Assembly: GCA_032251315.1 (NCBI GenBank)
Contig: JAVVEE010000001.1
Coordinates: forward strand, 50,035 to 114,034
Source: Gammaproteobacteria bacterium
GTDB lineage: Bacteria > Pseudomonadota > Gammaproteobacteria > SZUA-229
Length of the DNA stretch: 64,000 nt
Direction of reading: 5' to 3'
The notes under the pieces are model-generated. The model saw only the letters and a list, made by a program, of their open reading frames with translations. It was not told where the DNA came from and ran no database searches. Position 1 is the first letter of the stretch. The number at the start of each line of letters is the position of its first letter. Shown here piece by piece: positions 19,501 through 29,495 of this stretch. The translations under genes and the position numbers were made by a program.

Positions 19501-22263
19501 GTTACTTTCAACTTCATCCTGCTCAGATGACTCGTCAATTTCGATGATAAACCCGTCATCATCATCTTCATCATCCAGTAACGATCCTTCCAGACGAATA
19601 TTAAAATCATCCGTTTCTGAAATATCAAAAACATTGTCTTCACTGGCAAATGCGTCTGTCATTTCCAGCGATATCTCATCGCTGCCGACAGGCTCGATGA
19701 AGGTTATTTTTTCTTCGACATCCATGTCATTGAGCGCATCCAGAAACATTTCATCCTCAGCAGAAATATCACCACTGACCTCCATTACTTCGTCGGTACC
19801 GTAATCCTGTTCGCTGCTGTAATTAACAGGCACCTCTATCGTCGGCGACTGACTTTCTTCTGCGGCAGCCCTGTCGGGCTCATCTACAAGGGATTCTTCT
19901 GCTTCAACTGCCCCGACTGCTTGTCCCTCTGTCAAGGCTACAGCCACGGTCATTAACTGGTATATATTTGCAATCGGTTCACGATTGCCTCGTAATTGCT
20001 CTATCAATTGCGGCACCACAGCCAGCACTTCGTCCAGCAGCGTCAGCAACTCATCGGTCACTTCGATCTTCTTATCCAGAACACGATTCAGCAGGTTTTC
20101 AATTTTCCAGGCAAACTCACCAATCAGTGCGGCACCAATCAGACGCCCACTGCCCTTAAGCGTGTGAAAATTTCTGCGTATAACGGTTAACGATTCTTCA
20201 TCCTGATAATTCTGTTTCCATTTCGGCACATGCTCGTTCAGGGAGTCCATCACTTCAACGGCTTCTTCTATGAATATCTCGACAATTTCTTCATCCGCAT
20301 CTTCACTCAGAATCCCATATTCCTCGTGTTCCACGGCTGCTGTCTTCACGCTCTCGACCGGCTCTGTTGCCGCTGGCAGCTCGTGCTCCGGTTCAGGCTC
20401 AGGTTCCAGCGTTGTCGCCTGCTGCTCAAATTCAAGTTCTGCCGTCGTTGTAATTTCCAGCGCGACTTCAGGTTCGTCACTGTCATCTGTAATCACAACG
20501 GATTCGGCGAGCTCATCTCCATCATTGTCAATGTCTGCAGAGGCCGGCGCGCCATATTGTTTTGTAATCTCGCTTAAATCAGCCTGCGCGCGTTCGCCGG
20601 TCAGCAAGCCCTGGTCTACGCCCGGACGACCTTCTGACAAGGCCTCAAAATAATACTCGATAGAGGTCACTACATCTGCAAGGGTGTCCTGCTCCTGACT
20701 ATCCGGCTGACGATGTTGTGCTTGCAAAGCAATGCGCACATATTTCATCAAGCTTGATATCAGTTTTTCAACGCGTTCTGCTGATAACATCATGGCGACG
20801 CCGCGAACCTCTTCCAGACGTTGCACGACGGTTTCCAGATGACTTTCATCACTACTGCCATTAGCATAAGCAAGAATCGCTTCCTTGGCTTCTACAAAGT
20901 TTTTATGAGCTTCTTCAATAACTGTAACCAGCACTTTCCGATATTCTGAACTGGGAATAACACGCTCTTCATCGTCTTCAGAAACCAGGCCTGATTTGCC
21001 GGCAATGTAGTCATCAAGTTTGGACTCGGCCGCCAGTAAAGCACCGGCAATTTCCAGCACCCGCTGTTCCGAAGCTTCCAATTCACCGCTGATGATTTTT
21101 TCCAGCTCAATACGTTGGTCCAGCACGTTTTGCCTTGTTGACCCAAAACCCAGCATGCCATACGTATCTGCAATTTTTTCGATTTGCTTAACTACAGATG
21201 ATAATTGCTCGACATCTTTATCGCTGCTTTGCATAAAGATTTCCAGCGTATCTTTCACCGTAGTCAGGTCTTCTCTGATGCCCTGGGAAACGGTATCAAA
21301 CAGTTCAGCGTTAATGCCGCCCATGCTGACACTAATCTGTTGTGCAGATGACTTATCTGACAGCAACTCTTCAAGTTTATAAGCCTGTTTGATTTTGCTT
21401 ACGCGGACACCCGTCGAGCGACAGCTGCCCACGTAGTAAAGAATGTTCTTCAGGAGTTCCTGAGACATTTGATCAATAAACCTGTTTTCACCGACATCGA
21501 CCAGTAATTTGATCTGCCGATCAATGGCACCCAATAAGCCTTTTACCGCAATATTGCTCTGTAGATCCTTGTCATCTTCAATGGCTTCCAGCAATGCGCT
21601 GGCTACCATCCAGAAACGCTTGACCGTCTCATCGGCGGTTACCTTTTGCAGTGCAATGAGTACCGCCAGCGTGCGTTTAAGACCGGCACTGTATTTATTG
21701 TTTCGAAGTATATCCAGCAGGCCGAGCTGATAATGGGTGCGCAAACGTTTGGCTTCCCGGGTTAGTTTGCCCGGCTCAATCGCCGTCGCATCAAGGCCCA
21801 GCTCTTCGATATCCACGGCGTTAATGTCCGGCATGAAAAGCACGCTTTCAGATAGCAGTTTTTCCTTGCGCACTGCACGCATATCATTCATCAACGGCAT
21901 CAGAACGATGGGTGCGTCCTGATTCCCGGCCTGCAGCCCTTCCAGATAATCGGGCAATTGCAGCATCGCTCGCATCAGCACATCATAAACATCCTCAGGG
22001 CTTTCGATACGGCCTTCGAGCTGTGCTCTGGCGGTCTGCTCCATCTCTTCAGCCAGCATTGCCGCGCCGTACACTTCCACCATCTGCAAAGTGCCATACA
22101 CCAGACGCAAGTGTTCGATACACTGTTCCAGCGCCGTGGTGTTTGCATTATCCTCGATATAGTCGGACAGCGAAGTCTGGGCGTCGTGCAGAACAGCATC
22201 TAACTGTTTCTTTACCCAGCTCAGAGAGTTGTATTGTACTGTGCCTTCCAGTTTCATTATCAA
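16543..22263 (-). CDS. chpA: ChpA-type hybrid histidine kinase (CheA homolog with multiple Hpt domains, acidic linker, HATPase_c, CheW-like domain and C-terminal receiver)
   Basis: 1906 aa; several HTLKGS(G)A(R) Hpt motifs; an acidic PEPEPE/DE-rich low-complexity region; kinase G-boxes (…GRGVGMDVV…); C-terminal REC (…VVDDSITIRK…DIEMPKMDGFEL…). Confidence 0.9.
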   Translation of the reverse strand: MIMKLEGTVQYNSLSWVKKQLDAVLHDAQTSLSDYIEDNANTTALEQCIEHLRLVYGTLQMVEVYGAAMLAEEMEQTARAQLEGRIESPEDVYDVLMRAMLQLPDYLEGLQAGNQDAPIVLMPLMNDMRAVRKEKLLSESVLFMPDINAVDIEELGLDATAIEPGKLTREAKRLRTHYQLGLLDILRNNKYSAGLKRTLAVLIALQKVTADETVKRFWMVASALLEAIEDDKDLQSNIAVKGLLGAIDRQIKLLVDVGENRFIDQMSQELLKNILYYVGSCRSTGVRVSKIKQAYKLEELLSDKSSAQQISVSMGGINAELFDTVSQGIREDLTTVKDTLEIFMQSSDKDVEQLSSVVKQIEKIADTYGMLGFGSTRQNVLDQRIELEKIISGELEASEQRVLEIAGALLAAESKLDDYIAGKSGLVSEDDEERVIPSSEYRKVLVTVIEEAHKNFVEAKEAILAYANGSSDESHLETVVQRLEEVRGVAMMLSAERVEKLISSLMKYVRIALQAQHRQPDSQEQDTLADVVTSIEYYFEALSEGRPGVDQGLLTGERAQADLSEITKQYGAPASADIDNDGDELAESVVITDDSDEPEVALEITTTAELEFEQQATTLEPEPEPEHELPAATEPVESVKTAAVEHEEYGILSEDADEEIVEIFIEEAVEVMDSLNEHVPKWKQNYQDEESLTVIRRNFHTLKGSGRLIGAALIGEFAWKIENLLNRVLDKKIEVTDELLTLLDEVLAVVPQLIEQLRGNREPIANIYQLMTVAVALTEGQAVGAVEAEESLVDEPDRAAAEESQSPTIEVPVNYSSEQDYGTDEVMEVSGDISAEDEMFLDALNDMDVEEKITFIEPVGSDEISLEMTDAFASEDNVFDISETDDFNIRLEGSLLDDEDDDDGFIIEIDESSEQDEVESNVGLNMDSMLFQIYYDESNSHLRIIKELLNKHYLGEQGLEASNDLIRAFHTLFGSARTAEIEAIAEIAGVSEKYAVARQDASSQLIPDAVVEIIAEVVSTIEAMLAQLKANKLPETNKVLLDRMSKAVQDELQQQLQQPSAAQIMPTQSEAKREPVVTGKPVQHAPAETLYTYGDVDDDLIDIFLEEAEELIEDLEGTLIKLHENEEDTDNLIELQRHMHTLKGGARMASLVPVGDLTHVLESMVLALFEHKIEANKVFFDVLHESLDALNNMLGNVKQRQPISASGNLVERIEAIMRGEVVEQRTVERFDVEVDDLLSEAVNEPLTEEMLNPEIQAQNPAAGKGIAGTADAEALKRRKSDRSEEKPHWGERATDVNFKDSQEQVRVRADLLNNLVNYAGEVNIHHARMGKQITDVGYNLKELNQTVIRLKEQLRKLEIETEIQIRSSYEKEADDYDENFDPLEMDRYSTLQQLARSLSETASDVDSIKDILSDIVGDAEMLLLQESRISTDLQEGLMRTRMVRFGGMSTRLRRIVRQTAREMGKEINVEIIGEEQELDRTVLDRVVAPLEHMLRNAVAHGIELPKDRLIAGKSEAGNIKISVGRQGTSVVVKVEDDGSGINADAIRKKAIKQGLLAEDNELSNYDVLQFILKSGFSTAEEVTQLAGRGVGMDVVDSEIKQLGGVLEIDTERGKGTSFKVRLPLTLAINQALLVNAGDDIYAVPLASIEGVVRITGTELQSFYDSGDLEYAFNNVNYELKHLGFMLTGHQQNYAEEGQLFPVLLVHVGDQHFALHVDDLLGRREIVIKPVGMQISAVRGIAGATILADGRVVLILEMSALVIGDSLFKEVVTEESDEAVAVETEPTIMVVDDSITIRKVTARILERHNMKVILATDGVDATNKLQEEMPDLMLLDIEMPKMDGFELATYMRNEDRLKQIPIIMITSRTGIKHKERAKTIGVDQYLGKPFQEEELMKNINELLSSVK

Positions 22264-22317
22264 ATCACCATCCCACGCTTACCCGCCTTTGCACTGTATA
22301 AGTAACTGCGCAATTGT

Positions 22318-24375
22318 TTAGGCCTGGTGCTCAAGCACAACTGTTTCAACATTATCATCTTCAACCGATGGTAACTTAAAGCCGGATACTGAACGCCGCA
22401 GTTCGCTCGACAATACATTCAGCGTATCCAGCGAGGTAGAGGTTTCCTCGGTACCTTCTGATGTTTGCAGGGTAATTTCCTGAATAACATTCATGGTTTT
22501 CGATACGTTCGAGGCAACGTCCAACTGTTTTTGTGTCGCATCGGAAATTGCCTGAATTCGTTTTGAGAGCTGCAAGGATACATCCTCAATTTCTTTCAGC
22601 GCGACGCCCGCATCCTCGGCCATCTCAGCCCCGCTAACAACACCTGCGGTACTGACTTCCATTGATTTCACCGCTTCATTGGTATCCGCCTGAATGGTAT
22701 TAACCAGACCTTCAATCTGTTTGGTCGCATTACCCGCACGTTCCGCCAGTCGCTGCACCTCATCCGCAACCACCGCGAAACCACGACCTGCGTCACCTGC
22801 GGTCGAAGCCTGAATCGCTGCGTTCAAGGCGAGAATATTGGTTTGATCCGCAATTTCAGTAATCAGCCCCACGATGTCGCCAATTTCCTGGGAAGATTCA
22901 CCGAGTCGTTTAATACGTTTTGATGTTTCCTGAATCTGCTCACGAATCTTATCCATGCTGCTAATGGTGCTGTGCACCACACCTGCACCTTTCTGCGCAA
23001 TGGCTAGCGACTGCTGCGCTACGTTGGCTGAATCCTGTGCGTCTTTGGTTACATGTTCCATTGATTCGGCCATATCGCTCATCGCGGCACTGGCTGAGGC
23101 AATTTCCCGTGCCTGTCGCGTCGAAGCCTGCGCCAGCCCGGACGCTGTTGCCTGTGTTTTTTCCGTTGAAGAAGAGACCTCTACGGCGGTCGAGTTAATG
23201 GTTGTTACTAGTGACCGCAAGGCATCAATAGTAAAGTTCACCGAATCCGCAATCGCACCGGTAATTTCTTCTGTCACCGTGGCATGTGCGGTCAAATCAC
23301 CATCCGCCAGACTGGCCATTTCATCCAGCAAGCGCAGAATAGCGCGCTGATTACGACGGTTATTTTCCAGCGCCGACTCTTCACGTTTGCGCGCCTCTTT
23401 CAGTAGTAACCAGCCCAGAAATATAATCAGAATTACTGCGACACCGCCAAAGCCAACACCCAGCAGCTGAACTTCGTCCAGCGCCTCACCCTGATCAGAA
23501 ATTTGCTGTTCAAGCCCCTGAAGGTCATTTAACAGAACCTGACTATCACCGCTGATTTCACTGGCCGCATCCTTGATTTCAAACAACTCCGGCGACAGCT
23601 CAAGAATACCCGCAATATTATCGCCGACCACCGCAATTAGCATGGCGACCTCGCGCAGCTTGGCGACCGCTTCTTTGTCAGTAACCGCGTCTATTCCCAG
23701 CGCCTTTGAGCCTTTTAAAAGCCCCTCCAGTACCCGACCGAATAATGCTGCATCCCTGCCAAATCGATCCGCAGCCGCGGCCGCGGCCTCGCCGCCGATA
23801 AGAACATTATTAAGATTATTCTTGATACGCTGAGAGAGCATCATCTGACGACTGGCCAGATAGATCTGCCGGCTTGACGCATTTTTCTGCATCAAAATGC
23901 CCACCACTTCATCAGAATAGGTCAACATTTGAGGCGTGAAGCTGTCAATAATCTGATACAGCTCACGCACTTCTGAAATCGTCTCTTTACCGCCCAGAAT
24001 AATACCGGTATCTTTTTGATAGGCACCCCAGCTGGTTTCTACCTCTGTGAGTGCTGGAGACAAATTCGATGATAATGGAGGCGCTTCGGCACCGCCTCGA
24101 CGGTACAGGGATAAGACTTCATCAAAGCGCAACATACCTTCAGACAAAGCTTCGAAATCCGCCTCATTGCCCGATGAAGCACCGATGGCGAAGTTAGCCA
24201 TTCGCTGTGAAAGCAGTAGCTGCTCTGCGGACAGACTAAGGTGCTTTTGTAGATCGGCGCGTTTATAACCCACATAAACCAAACTCACCAACATGAAAAG
24301 AATCATCAGGCCCAGAATGACACCCAGCACCAGCGAAGGATTACCAATAGCTGATCTTTTTTTATTTGAACTCAT
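22318..24375 (-). CDS. pilJ: Methyl-accepting chemotaxis protein PilJ
   Basis: 685 aa; N-terminal TM, periplasmic domain, second TM, HAMP and a highly conserved MCP signalling domain (…[33 protein letters not shown]…). Confidence 0.9.
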   Translation of the reverse strand: MSSNKKRSAIGNPSLVLGVILGLMILFMLVSLVYVGYKRADLQKHLSLSAEQLLLSQRMANFAIGASSGNEADFEALSEGMLRFDEVLSLYRRGGAEAPPLSSNLSPALTEVETSWGAYQKDTGIILGGKETISEVRELYQIIDSFTPQMLTYSDEVVGILMQKNASSRQIYLASRQMMLSQRIKNNLNNVLIGGEAAAAAADRFGRDAALFGRVLEGLLKGSKALGIDAVTDKEAVAKLREVAMLIAVVGDNIAGILELSPELFEIKDAASEISGDSQVLLNDLQGLEQQISDQGEALDEVQLLGVGFGGVAVILIIFLGWLLLKEARKREESALENNRRNQRAILRLLDEMASLADGDLTAHATVTEEITGAIADSVNFTIDALRSLVTTINSTAVEVSSSTEKTQATASGLAQASTRQAREIASASAAMSDMAESMEHVTKDAQDSANVAQQSLAIAQKGAGVVHSTISSMDKIREQIQETSKRIKRLGESSQEIGDIVGLITEIADQTNILALNAAIQASTAGDAGRGFAVVADEVQRLAERAGNATKQIEGLVNTIQADTNEAVKSMEVSTAGVVSGAEMAEDAGVALKEIEDVSLQLSKRIQAISDATQKQLDVASNVSKTMNVIQEITLQTSEGTEETSTSLDTLNVLSSELRRSVSGFKLPSVEDDNVETVVLEHQA

Positions 24376-24434
24376 GGAAACTACTCTCCGTAACTACTTC
24401 TCCGGCTGTGCCGGAGAACTATTTTTATAATCAT

Positions 24435-24971
24435 TTACAGTGCGGCCTGGGAAAAGAGCTCGTCTTCAACCATATTCTCGAAGCTAAACACCGGCCAGTT
24501 TTCATTATCTTTGCTAAACATATTCTTAATATACGGTGATATATGGTTATGCACTTGCGGCTTTTCCTGACTCTGATCTTCAATATAAAAGCGCCGCATG
24601 CCATAAACCTCATCAACCAGTAAGCCTGTACTGAAACCCTTAAAGTTAATCACGATCAGTCGTCCGCGTTTCCGCTGCTGCATATCAATGCCCAAAACAT
24701 AACCCTTGAGATCCATAATGGGCAGCAAGCTACCGCGTACATTGGCAATGCCAACCACCCAGGATTTTACTCCAGGCACTTTCGTGTACTCAGGCACATC
24801 TAAAATTTCTTCAACTTCTGACATTGCAGCAATCAGCTTGTCATCACCGACTCTGAAACCCACGCCCACCCACTTATCACCGGCATCGCCCGCCGCAGGC
24901 AGGCGCAGTGCATTCTGCTGACAACGTTTTTCCAGGTTCAGTAATACGTCGAAGGGGTCAATTTTACTCAC
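24435..24971 (-). CDS. pilI: CheW-like protein PilI
   Basis: 178 aa CheW domain; position between pilH and pilJ. Confidence 0.8.
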   Translation of the reverse strand: MSKIDPFDVLLNLEKRCQQNALRLPAAGDAGDKWVGVGFRVGDDKLIAAMSEVEEILDVPEYTKVPGVKSWVVGIANVRGSLLPIMDLKGYVLGIDMQQRKRGRLIVINFKGFSTGLLVDEVYGMRRFYIEDQSQEKPQVHNHISPYIKNMFSKDNENWPVFSFENMVEDELFSQAAL

Positions 24972-24997
24972 AGTTAATATTTCCTTATTGGACCGCG

Positions 24998-25363
24998 TTA
25001 GCCTTCGAAGGCGCGCTTCAGGGCATCGACCAGCGCTTTTTCCTGAACCGGCTTGACTATATAGTCGACGGCACCCTGGCGTTTAGCCCAGACCTTGTCG
25101 GTTTCCTGATCTTTGGTGGTAACAATAATCACCGGAATATCAGCAGTTTCGGCCTGCTTAGAAAGCTGCCGCGTCGCCTGAAAGCCATTCATTCCAGGCA
25201 TGACTACATCCATGAGAATGAGATCCGGCAGCTTCTCCTTTGCAGCCACAACACCCTCTTCACCCGAGCTTGCGGCATCAACGTCATATCCATTTTTTTC
25301 TAACAATGTTTTTAAAACATGAATCTCGGTGGGGGAATCATCAACTATGAGTATTTTTGCCAT
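24998..25363 (-). CDS. pilH: CheY-like response regulator PilH
   Basis: 121 aa single REC domain (MAKILIVDDSPTE…DVVMPGMNGF…). Confidence 0.85.
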   Translation of the reverse strand: MAKILIVDDSPTEIHVLKTLLEKNGYDVDAASSGEEGVVAAKEKLPDLILMDVVMPGMNGFQATRQLSKQAETADIPVIIVTTKDQETDKVWAKRQGAVDYIVKPVQEKALVDALKRAFEG

Positions 25364-25409
25364 TTATTATCACCTTATTAAAATTTTTACGGACGAAAAA
25401 AACAACTTA

Positions 25410-25823
25410 TTATTTTTTAACGTGCTCTTTAATTGCACCCAGCAGATCTTCCTTGGTAAAGGGCTTGGTTAAGTATTGGGTTGAACCCACAATGCGTCCG
25501 CGCGCACGGTCGAATATACTGTCCTTGCTGGAGAGCATAATGACAGGCGTTTTGTGAAACATGCTGTTGTTTTTGATGAGCGCACAGGTCTGATAACCGT
25601 CCAGCCGGGGCATCATGATGTCCACAAAAATAATGTCCGGCCGGGTTTCGGCAATTTTTGATAATGCCTCGAAACCATCTACTGCCGTGACCACGTCACA
25701 GCCTTCTTTCTTTAACAGGTTTTCCGCCGTCCTACGAATAGTCTTACTATCATCGATGACCATCACCTTAAGGTCTTTCAAATCAACAACTTCATCTGTC
25801 ATCGCCGTCGCCGTCTCGCTCAT
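25410..25823 (-). CDS. pilG: CheY-like response regulator PilG
   Basis: 137 aa REC domain (…LKVMVIDDSKTIRR…DIMMPRLDGYQT…); divergent from gshB as in P. aeruginosa. The start could be the later Met (MTDEV…). Confidence 0.85.
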   Translation of the reverse strand: MSETATAMTDEVVDLKDLKVMVIDDSKTIRRTAENLLKKEGCDVVTAVDGFEALSKIAETRPDIIFVDIMMPRLDGYQTCALIKNNSMFHKTPVIMLSSKDSIFDRARGRIVGSTQYLTKPFTKEDLLGAIKEHVKK

Positions 25824-26011
25824 AAAAATTTAAACCTTCAAAAAAACTCACCCACAAAGCGCGGTATAATTGAAATGTAGACCATGTTCCTGTTATTAGC
25901 AATCAATACCCAGTACATTAACAAATTTCTCTAACAAATTGCTTGATAAGAGAATATTGGTTACATTTCACATTGTTGACTCCCCCGCTAACCCTTCTTT
26001 AAGGTCTGAAT

Positions 26012-26965
26012 ATGCAGCTAAAACTAGGAATCGTTATGGATCCCGTCGAATCCATAAAAACCTCCAAAGACACCAGCTTTGCCATGTTACTTGCTGCGCA
26101 GAAACGGGACTGGCCGCTTTACTATATGCAGCAGGCCGATATCTATATGACTGATTCGACAGCAATGGCGCAAGTTCAGCGAATTGCAGTGACTGATTCC
26201 GCCGAGAACTGGTATCAGGCCGAGGCGGCTCACCACATTGAGCTGGCCTCGCTTGATGTTATTTTAATGCGCAAGGATCCTCCCTTTGATATGGAATACA
26301 TTACCAGTACCTACATTCTGGAAATGGCTGAACGCACCGGCACCCTGATCGTTAACCGCCCTGCCAGCCTGCGTGATGCGAATGAAAAAATGTTCATCAC
26401 CCATTTTTCCCAGTGCTGCGCACCTATGCTGGTCACCAGCCAGCCGGCACTGATCCGCAAGTTCCTGGCTGAACACAAAGACATTATCATCAAACCGCTG
26501 GACGGGATGGGCGGCGAATCCATTTTCCGGCTCACTCCAGAGGACCCCAATATTTCCGTAATTCTGGAAACCATCACCCATCGCGGCCGCAAAACCGTTA
26601 TGGCGCAGCGATTCATTCCTGAAATTACCGCACAGGGCGACAAACGCATTCTGCTTATCAACGGCGAGCCCGTACCCTATGCACTGGCGCGCATTCCGGC
26701 GCAGGGCGAAACCCGCGGCAATCTGGCGGCGGGCGGCTCCGGCGTGGGCATTGAGCTTAGCGAACGTGACCGCTGGATCTGCGAGCAGGTGGGGCCCACG
26801 CTTCGCAAGATGGGCATTTTCTTTGCGGGCATCGATGTTATCGGTGACTACCTCACTGAAATAAACATCACCAGCCCCACCTGTGTACGCGAACTCGACA
26901 AGCAGTTCGGCCTCGACATTGCCGGTGATCTGATGGCGTGCATCGAACAGCAGCTGGAGGGTTAA
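26012..26965 (+). CDS. gshB: Glutathione synthetase
   Basis: 317 aa; ATP-grasp; MQLKLGIVMDPVESIKTSKDTSFAMLLAAQ… typical GshB N-terminus. Confidence 0.9.
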   Translation: MQLKLGIVMDPVESIKTSKDTSFAMLLAAQKRDWPLYYMQQADIYMTDSTAMAQVQRIAVTDSAENWYQAEAAHHIELASLDVILMRKDPPFDMEYITSTYILEMAERTGTLIVNRPASLRDANEKMFITHFSQCCAPMLVTSQPALIRKFLAEHKDIIIKPLDGMGGESIFRLTPEDPNISVILETITHRGRKTVMAQRFIPEITAQGDKRILLINGEPVPYALARIPAQGETRGNLAAGGSGVGIELSERDRWICEQVGPTLRKMGIFFAGIDVIGDYLTEINITSPTCVRELDKQFGLDIAGDLMACIEQQLEG

Positions 26966-26968
26966 ACG

Positions 26969-28024
26969 ATGTTCACTGCAAAAAAATTGATTCCGCTTTT
27001 GCTGCTTTTCGGCCTCGTTCTCGGCAGCACAAGCTGCGCCGAGGAGCCGGCGCATGAAGCCCGGCGCACGATTCTTAAATTCGGCACCCTGATTGAGGTC
27101 ACCCTTTACGATGTCGAGCCGGCTCTGGCGCAGCAAGCGTTGGATCAGATCGAGGCGAACTTCAATCAATACCATGCCGACTGGACTTCATGGCAGGAGA
27201 GCCCGCTCACCCGCCTCAATGAAAAACTCATCACCGGTGAAGCGGCTGAGGTTCCACCCAGCATTCTGCCCCTGATCGAGCAGTCACAAATACTTTCACA
27301 GCGCAGCCAGGGCCTGTTTAATCCGGGCATCAACCAGCTCATCCGTCTGTGGCAAATCCATCGGCGCGATGATCCCGACATCCATCCGCCGACACCTCAG
27401 GCCATTGACGAATGGCTGCAAAAAAACCCCGGCATGGATGATCTGATACTCGAGGACTCGCAACTGCGCAGTCGAAATGCTGCGCTGGAGCTGAACTTCG
27501 GGGCTTTTGCCAAGGGTTACGCCATTGACCTGGGGCTTAATTACCTAAACAGCCTGGGCATTGAAAATGCGGTCATCAATGCCGGTGGCGACCTCAGTGT
27601 GCGCGGCCGGCACGGCGAACGCCCGTGGAAAATCGGCATTCGCCACCCCCGTCAGGATGGCATCATTGCCTGGCTCGAGGCGCAGGATCACGAAAGCATT
27701 TTCACCTCGGGCGATTATGAACGCTTCTACTTCTATGAGGGCAAGCGTTACCACCACATTCTCGACCCCCGCACCGGCTATCCGGCAGAAGGCACCAGCT
27801 CGGTGACGGTGATTCACGCCGACGCCGGCACTGCTGATGCCGCTGCTACCGCCCTTTTTGTGGCCGGTCCCGAGCAGTGGCAGGCCATCGCCCGCTCCAT
27901 GGGCATTGAATATGTCATGCTGATCGATGTTGAAGGCAGAATACATATGAGTCCGAAAATGGCGCAACGCATTCATTTTACTGAAGACCGGACTGACCAC
28001 ATTGTGATCAGCGAATCGCTATAA
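26969..28024 (+). CDS. apbE: FAD:protein FMN transferase (ApbE family lipoprotein)
   Basis: 351 aa; signal peptide with lipobox (…GSTSC); ApbE motifs …GFAKGYAID…INAGGDLSV…HHILDPRTGYP…. Confidence 0.8.
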   Translation: MFTAKKLIPLLLLFGLVLGSTSCAEEPAHEARRTILKFGTLIEVTLYDVEPALAQQALDQIEANFNQYHADWTSWQESPLTRLNEKLITGEAAEVPPSILPLIEQSQILSQRSQGLFNPGINQLIRLWQIHRRDDPDIHPPTPQAIDEWLQKNPGMDDLILEDSQLRSRNAALELNFGAFAKGYAIDLGLNYLNSLGIENAVINAGGDLSVRGRHGERPWKIGIRHPRQDGIIAWLEAQDHESIFTSGDYERFYFYEGKRYHHILDPRTGYPAEGTSSVTVIHADAGTADAAATALFVAGPEQWQAIARSMGIEYVMLIDVEGRIHMSPKMAQRIHFTEDRTDHIVISESL

Positions 28025-28032
28025 TCAGCCCT

Positions 28033-28932
28033 ATGTCGACCGTCGCTCCGAGCCCTGTAAACACCCCTGTCAGGCACCCGAAAATTACGGCTAACGACCG
28101 TCTGGGCATGACCTTTTTTCTAGCCGCGCTGCTGCACGGCATGCTCATTCTGGGCATTACTTTCAGCAGCGCACCGGTGGAGGAGAACAAAACCCCGCCC
28201 ACACTGGATATTATTCTGGTGCAGACCCAGAACCCCTCCGAAGCCAAAGATGCCAAATATCTGGCCCAGATCTCGCAGCAGGGCGGCGGCAACAGTGAAA
28301 GCAAAAGCCGCCCCCGTGACCTGTTCACCGCCCCCACTGTGGCCAAAACACCGGGGCAGGCGCTACAGCCACCCCAGCAGGCGTCACGACAACAGCAGGC
28401 TGAAGCCGTCGCCATGCTGCATCAGCAGCAGTCCAGCTACAGCATCGACACCCGCGAACAGCAGACAAAACCCGATAACCTCAGCCTCCAGGAGCAGCGC
28501 AACACCACTAAAAAGGCGGCAGCGGCACGCCTGATCCAGGAGGTCAGCAACATCATCGAACAGGAGATTGAACGCCCCAAAGTCAAATACATGAATTCCA
28601 GCACCAAAGAGTTTGTGCCCGCGCGTTACATGCGTGAATGGATCAATCGTGTCGAGCGCATCGGCAACCTGAATTACCCTGATCAGGCCCGGCGTGACCA
28701 GCTCAGCGGCACACTGATTCTGGATGTCACCATCAATGCCAAAGGCGAATTACTCAATATCGATCTACGCCAGTCATCGGGGCACAAAGTCCTCGACGAT
28801 GCCGCCCGACGCATCGTCAATCTTGCCGCGCCTTTTTCGCCCTTTCCCGATAAACTAAAACAGGACGCAGATGTCTTACATATTACGAGAAGCTGGGAAT
28901 TCATCAACAACAGTCAATTTAAAACACAGTAA
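28033..28932 (+). CDS. tonB3: TonB-family energy transducer, TonB3-like (C-terminal TonB domain)
   Basis: 299 aa; N-terminal TM anchor, Q/P-rich linker, C-terminal TonB_C (…LSGTLILDVTINAKGELLNIDLRQSSGHKVLDDAARRIV…). Position gshB-tonB3-yqgE-ruvX matches PA0406 in Pseudomonas. Confidence 0.7.
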   Translation: MSTVAPSPVNTPVRHPKITANDRLGMTFFLAALLHGMLILGITFSSAPVEENKTPPTLDIILVQTQNPSEAKDAKYLAQISQQGGGNSESKSRPRDLFTAPTVAKTPGQALQPPQQASRQQQAEAVAMLHQQQSSYSIDTREQQTKPDNLSLQEQRNTTKKAAAARLIQEVSNIIEQEIERPKVKYMNSSTKEFVPARYMREWINRVERIGNLNYPDQARRDQLSGTLILDVTINAKGELLNIDLRQSSGHKVLDDAARRIVNLAAPFSPFPDKLKQDADVLHITRSWEFINNSQFKTQ

Positions 28933-29492
28933 TGCAAAACACCAACCTCACCAGCCATTTTATTATCGCCATGCCGAGCCTGATGGACGTAAACTTCAAT
29001 CAGACGGTCACCTACATCTGCGAGCACAATGAAGACGGTGCTTTCGGTGTTGTCATCAACCGAAAATCGGACATCACTTTTGATGATATTATTTTTCATA
29101 TGGACATAGCGCCGCACGCGCACCATTTCCCTCATGAAAACATCTATCACGGCGGCCCGATGCAGCAGGATCGCGGCTTTATCCTTCACCAGTCCACCGG
29201 AAAATGGGCCTCGAGCTTAAAGATTAACGACCAGCTCACACTCACCACTTCGCGCGACGTACTCGAAGCCATTGCCTGCAATGAAGGCCCCGAACAGGCG
29301 ATAATCGCCCTGGGTTATGCGGGCTGGACATCCGGACAGCTGGAACAGGAGCTGGCCGACAACGCCTGGCTGAGCTGCCCGGCGGAGGCACAGATTATCT
29401 TCGAAGTTCCCGCGGAGCAGCGCTGGCAGGCTGCCGCCAACCTGCTGGGCATTGACCTGCAACTGCTGAGCCACGAAGCCGGGCACGCCTGA
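28932..29492 (+). CDS. yqgE: YqgE/AlgH family protein (UPF0301)
   Basis: 186 aa; conserved N-terminus …HFIIAMPSLMDVNFNQTVTYICEHNEDGAFGVVINR…. Confidence 0.8.
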   Translation: MQNTNLTSHFIIAMPSLMDVNFNQTVTYICEHNEDGAFGVVINRKSDITFDDIIFHMDIAPHAHHFPHENIYHGGPMQQDRGFILHQSTGKWASSLKINDQLTLTTSRDVLEAIACNEGPEQAIIALGYAGWTSGQLEQELADNAWLSCPAEAQIIFEVPAEQRWQAAANLLGIDLQLLSHEAGHA

Positions 29493-29495
29493 GTC

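Noticed and set aside
16843-21730. Numerous 60-165 aa ORFs on the plus strand inside chpA (e.g. 18592-19086, 20270-20653, 21020-21382)
   Set aside because: They lie entirely antisense to a well-supported 1906-aa CDS and have low-complexity, Ser/Cys-rich translations; shadow ORFs.
26264-27175. 303-aa minus-strand ORF overlapping gshB and apbE
   Set aside because: Antisense to two well-supported genes; Ala/Gly/Arg-rich translation typical of GC-rich antisense frames; no motifs.
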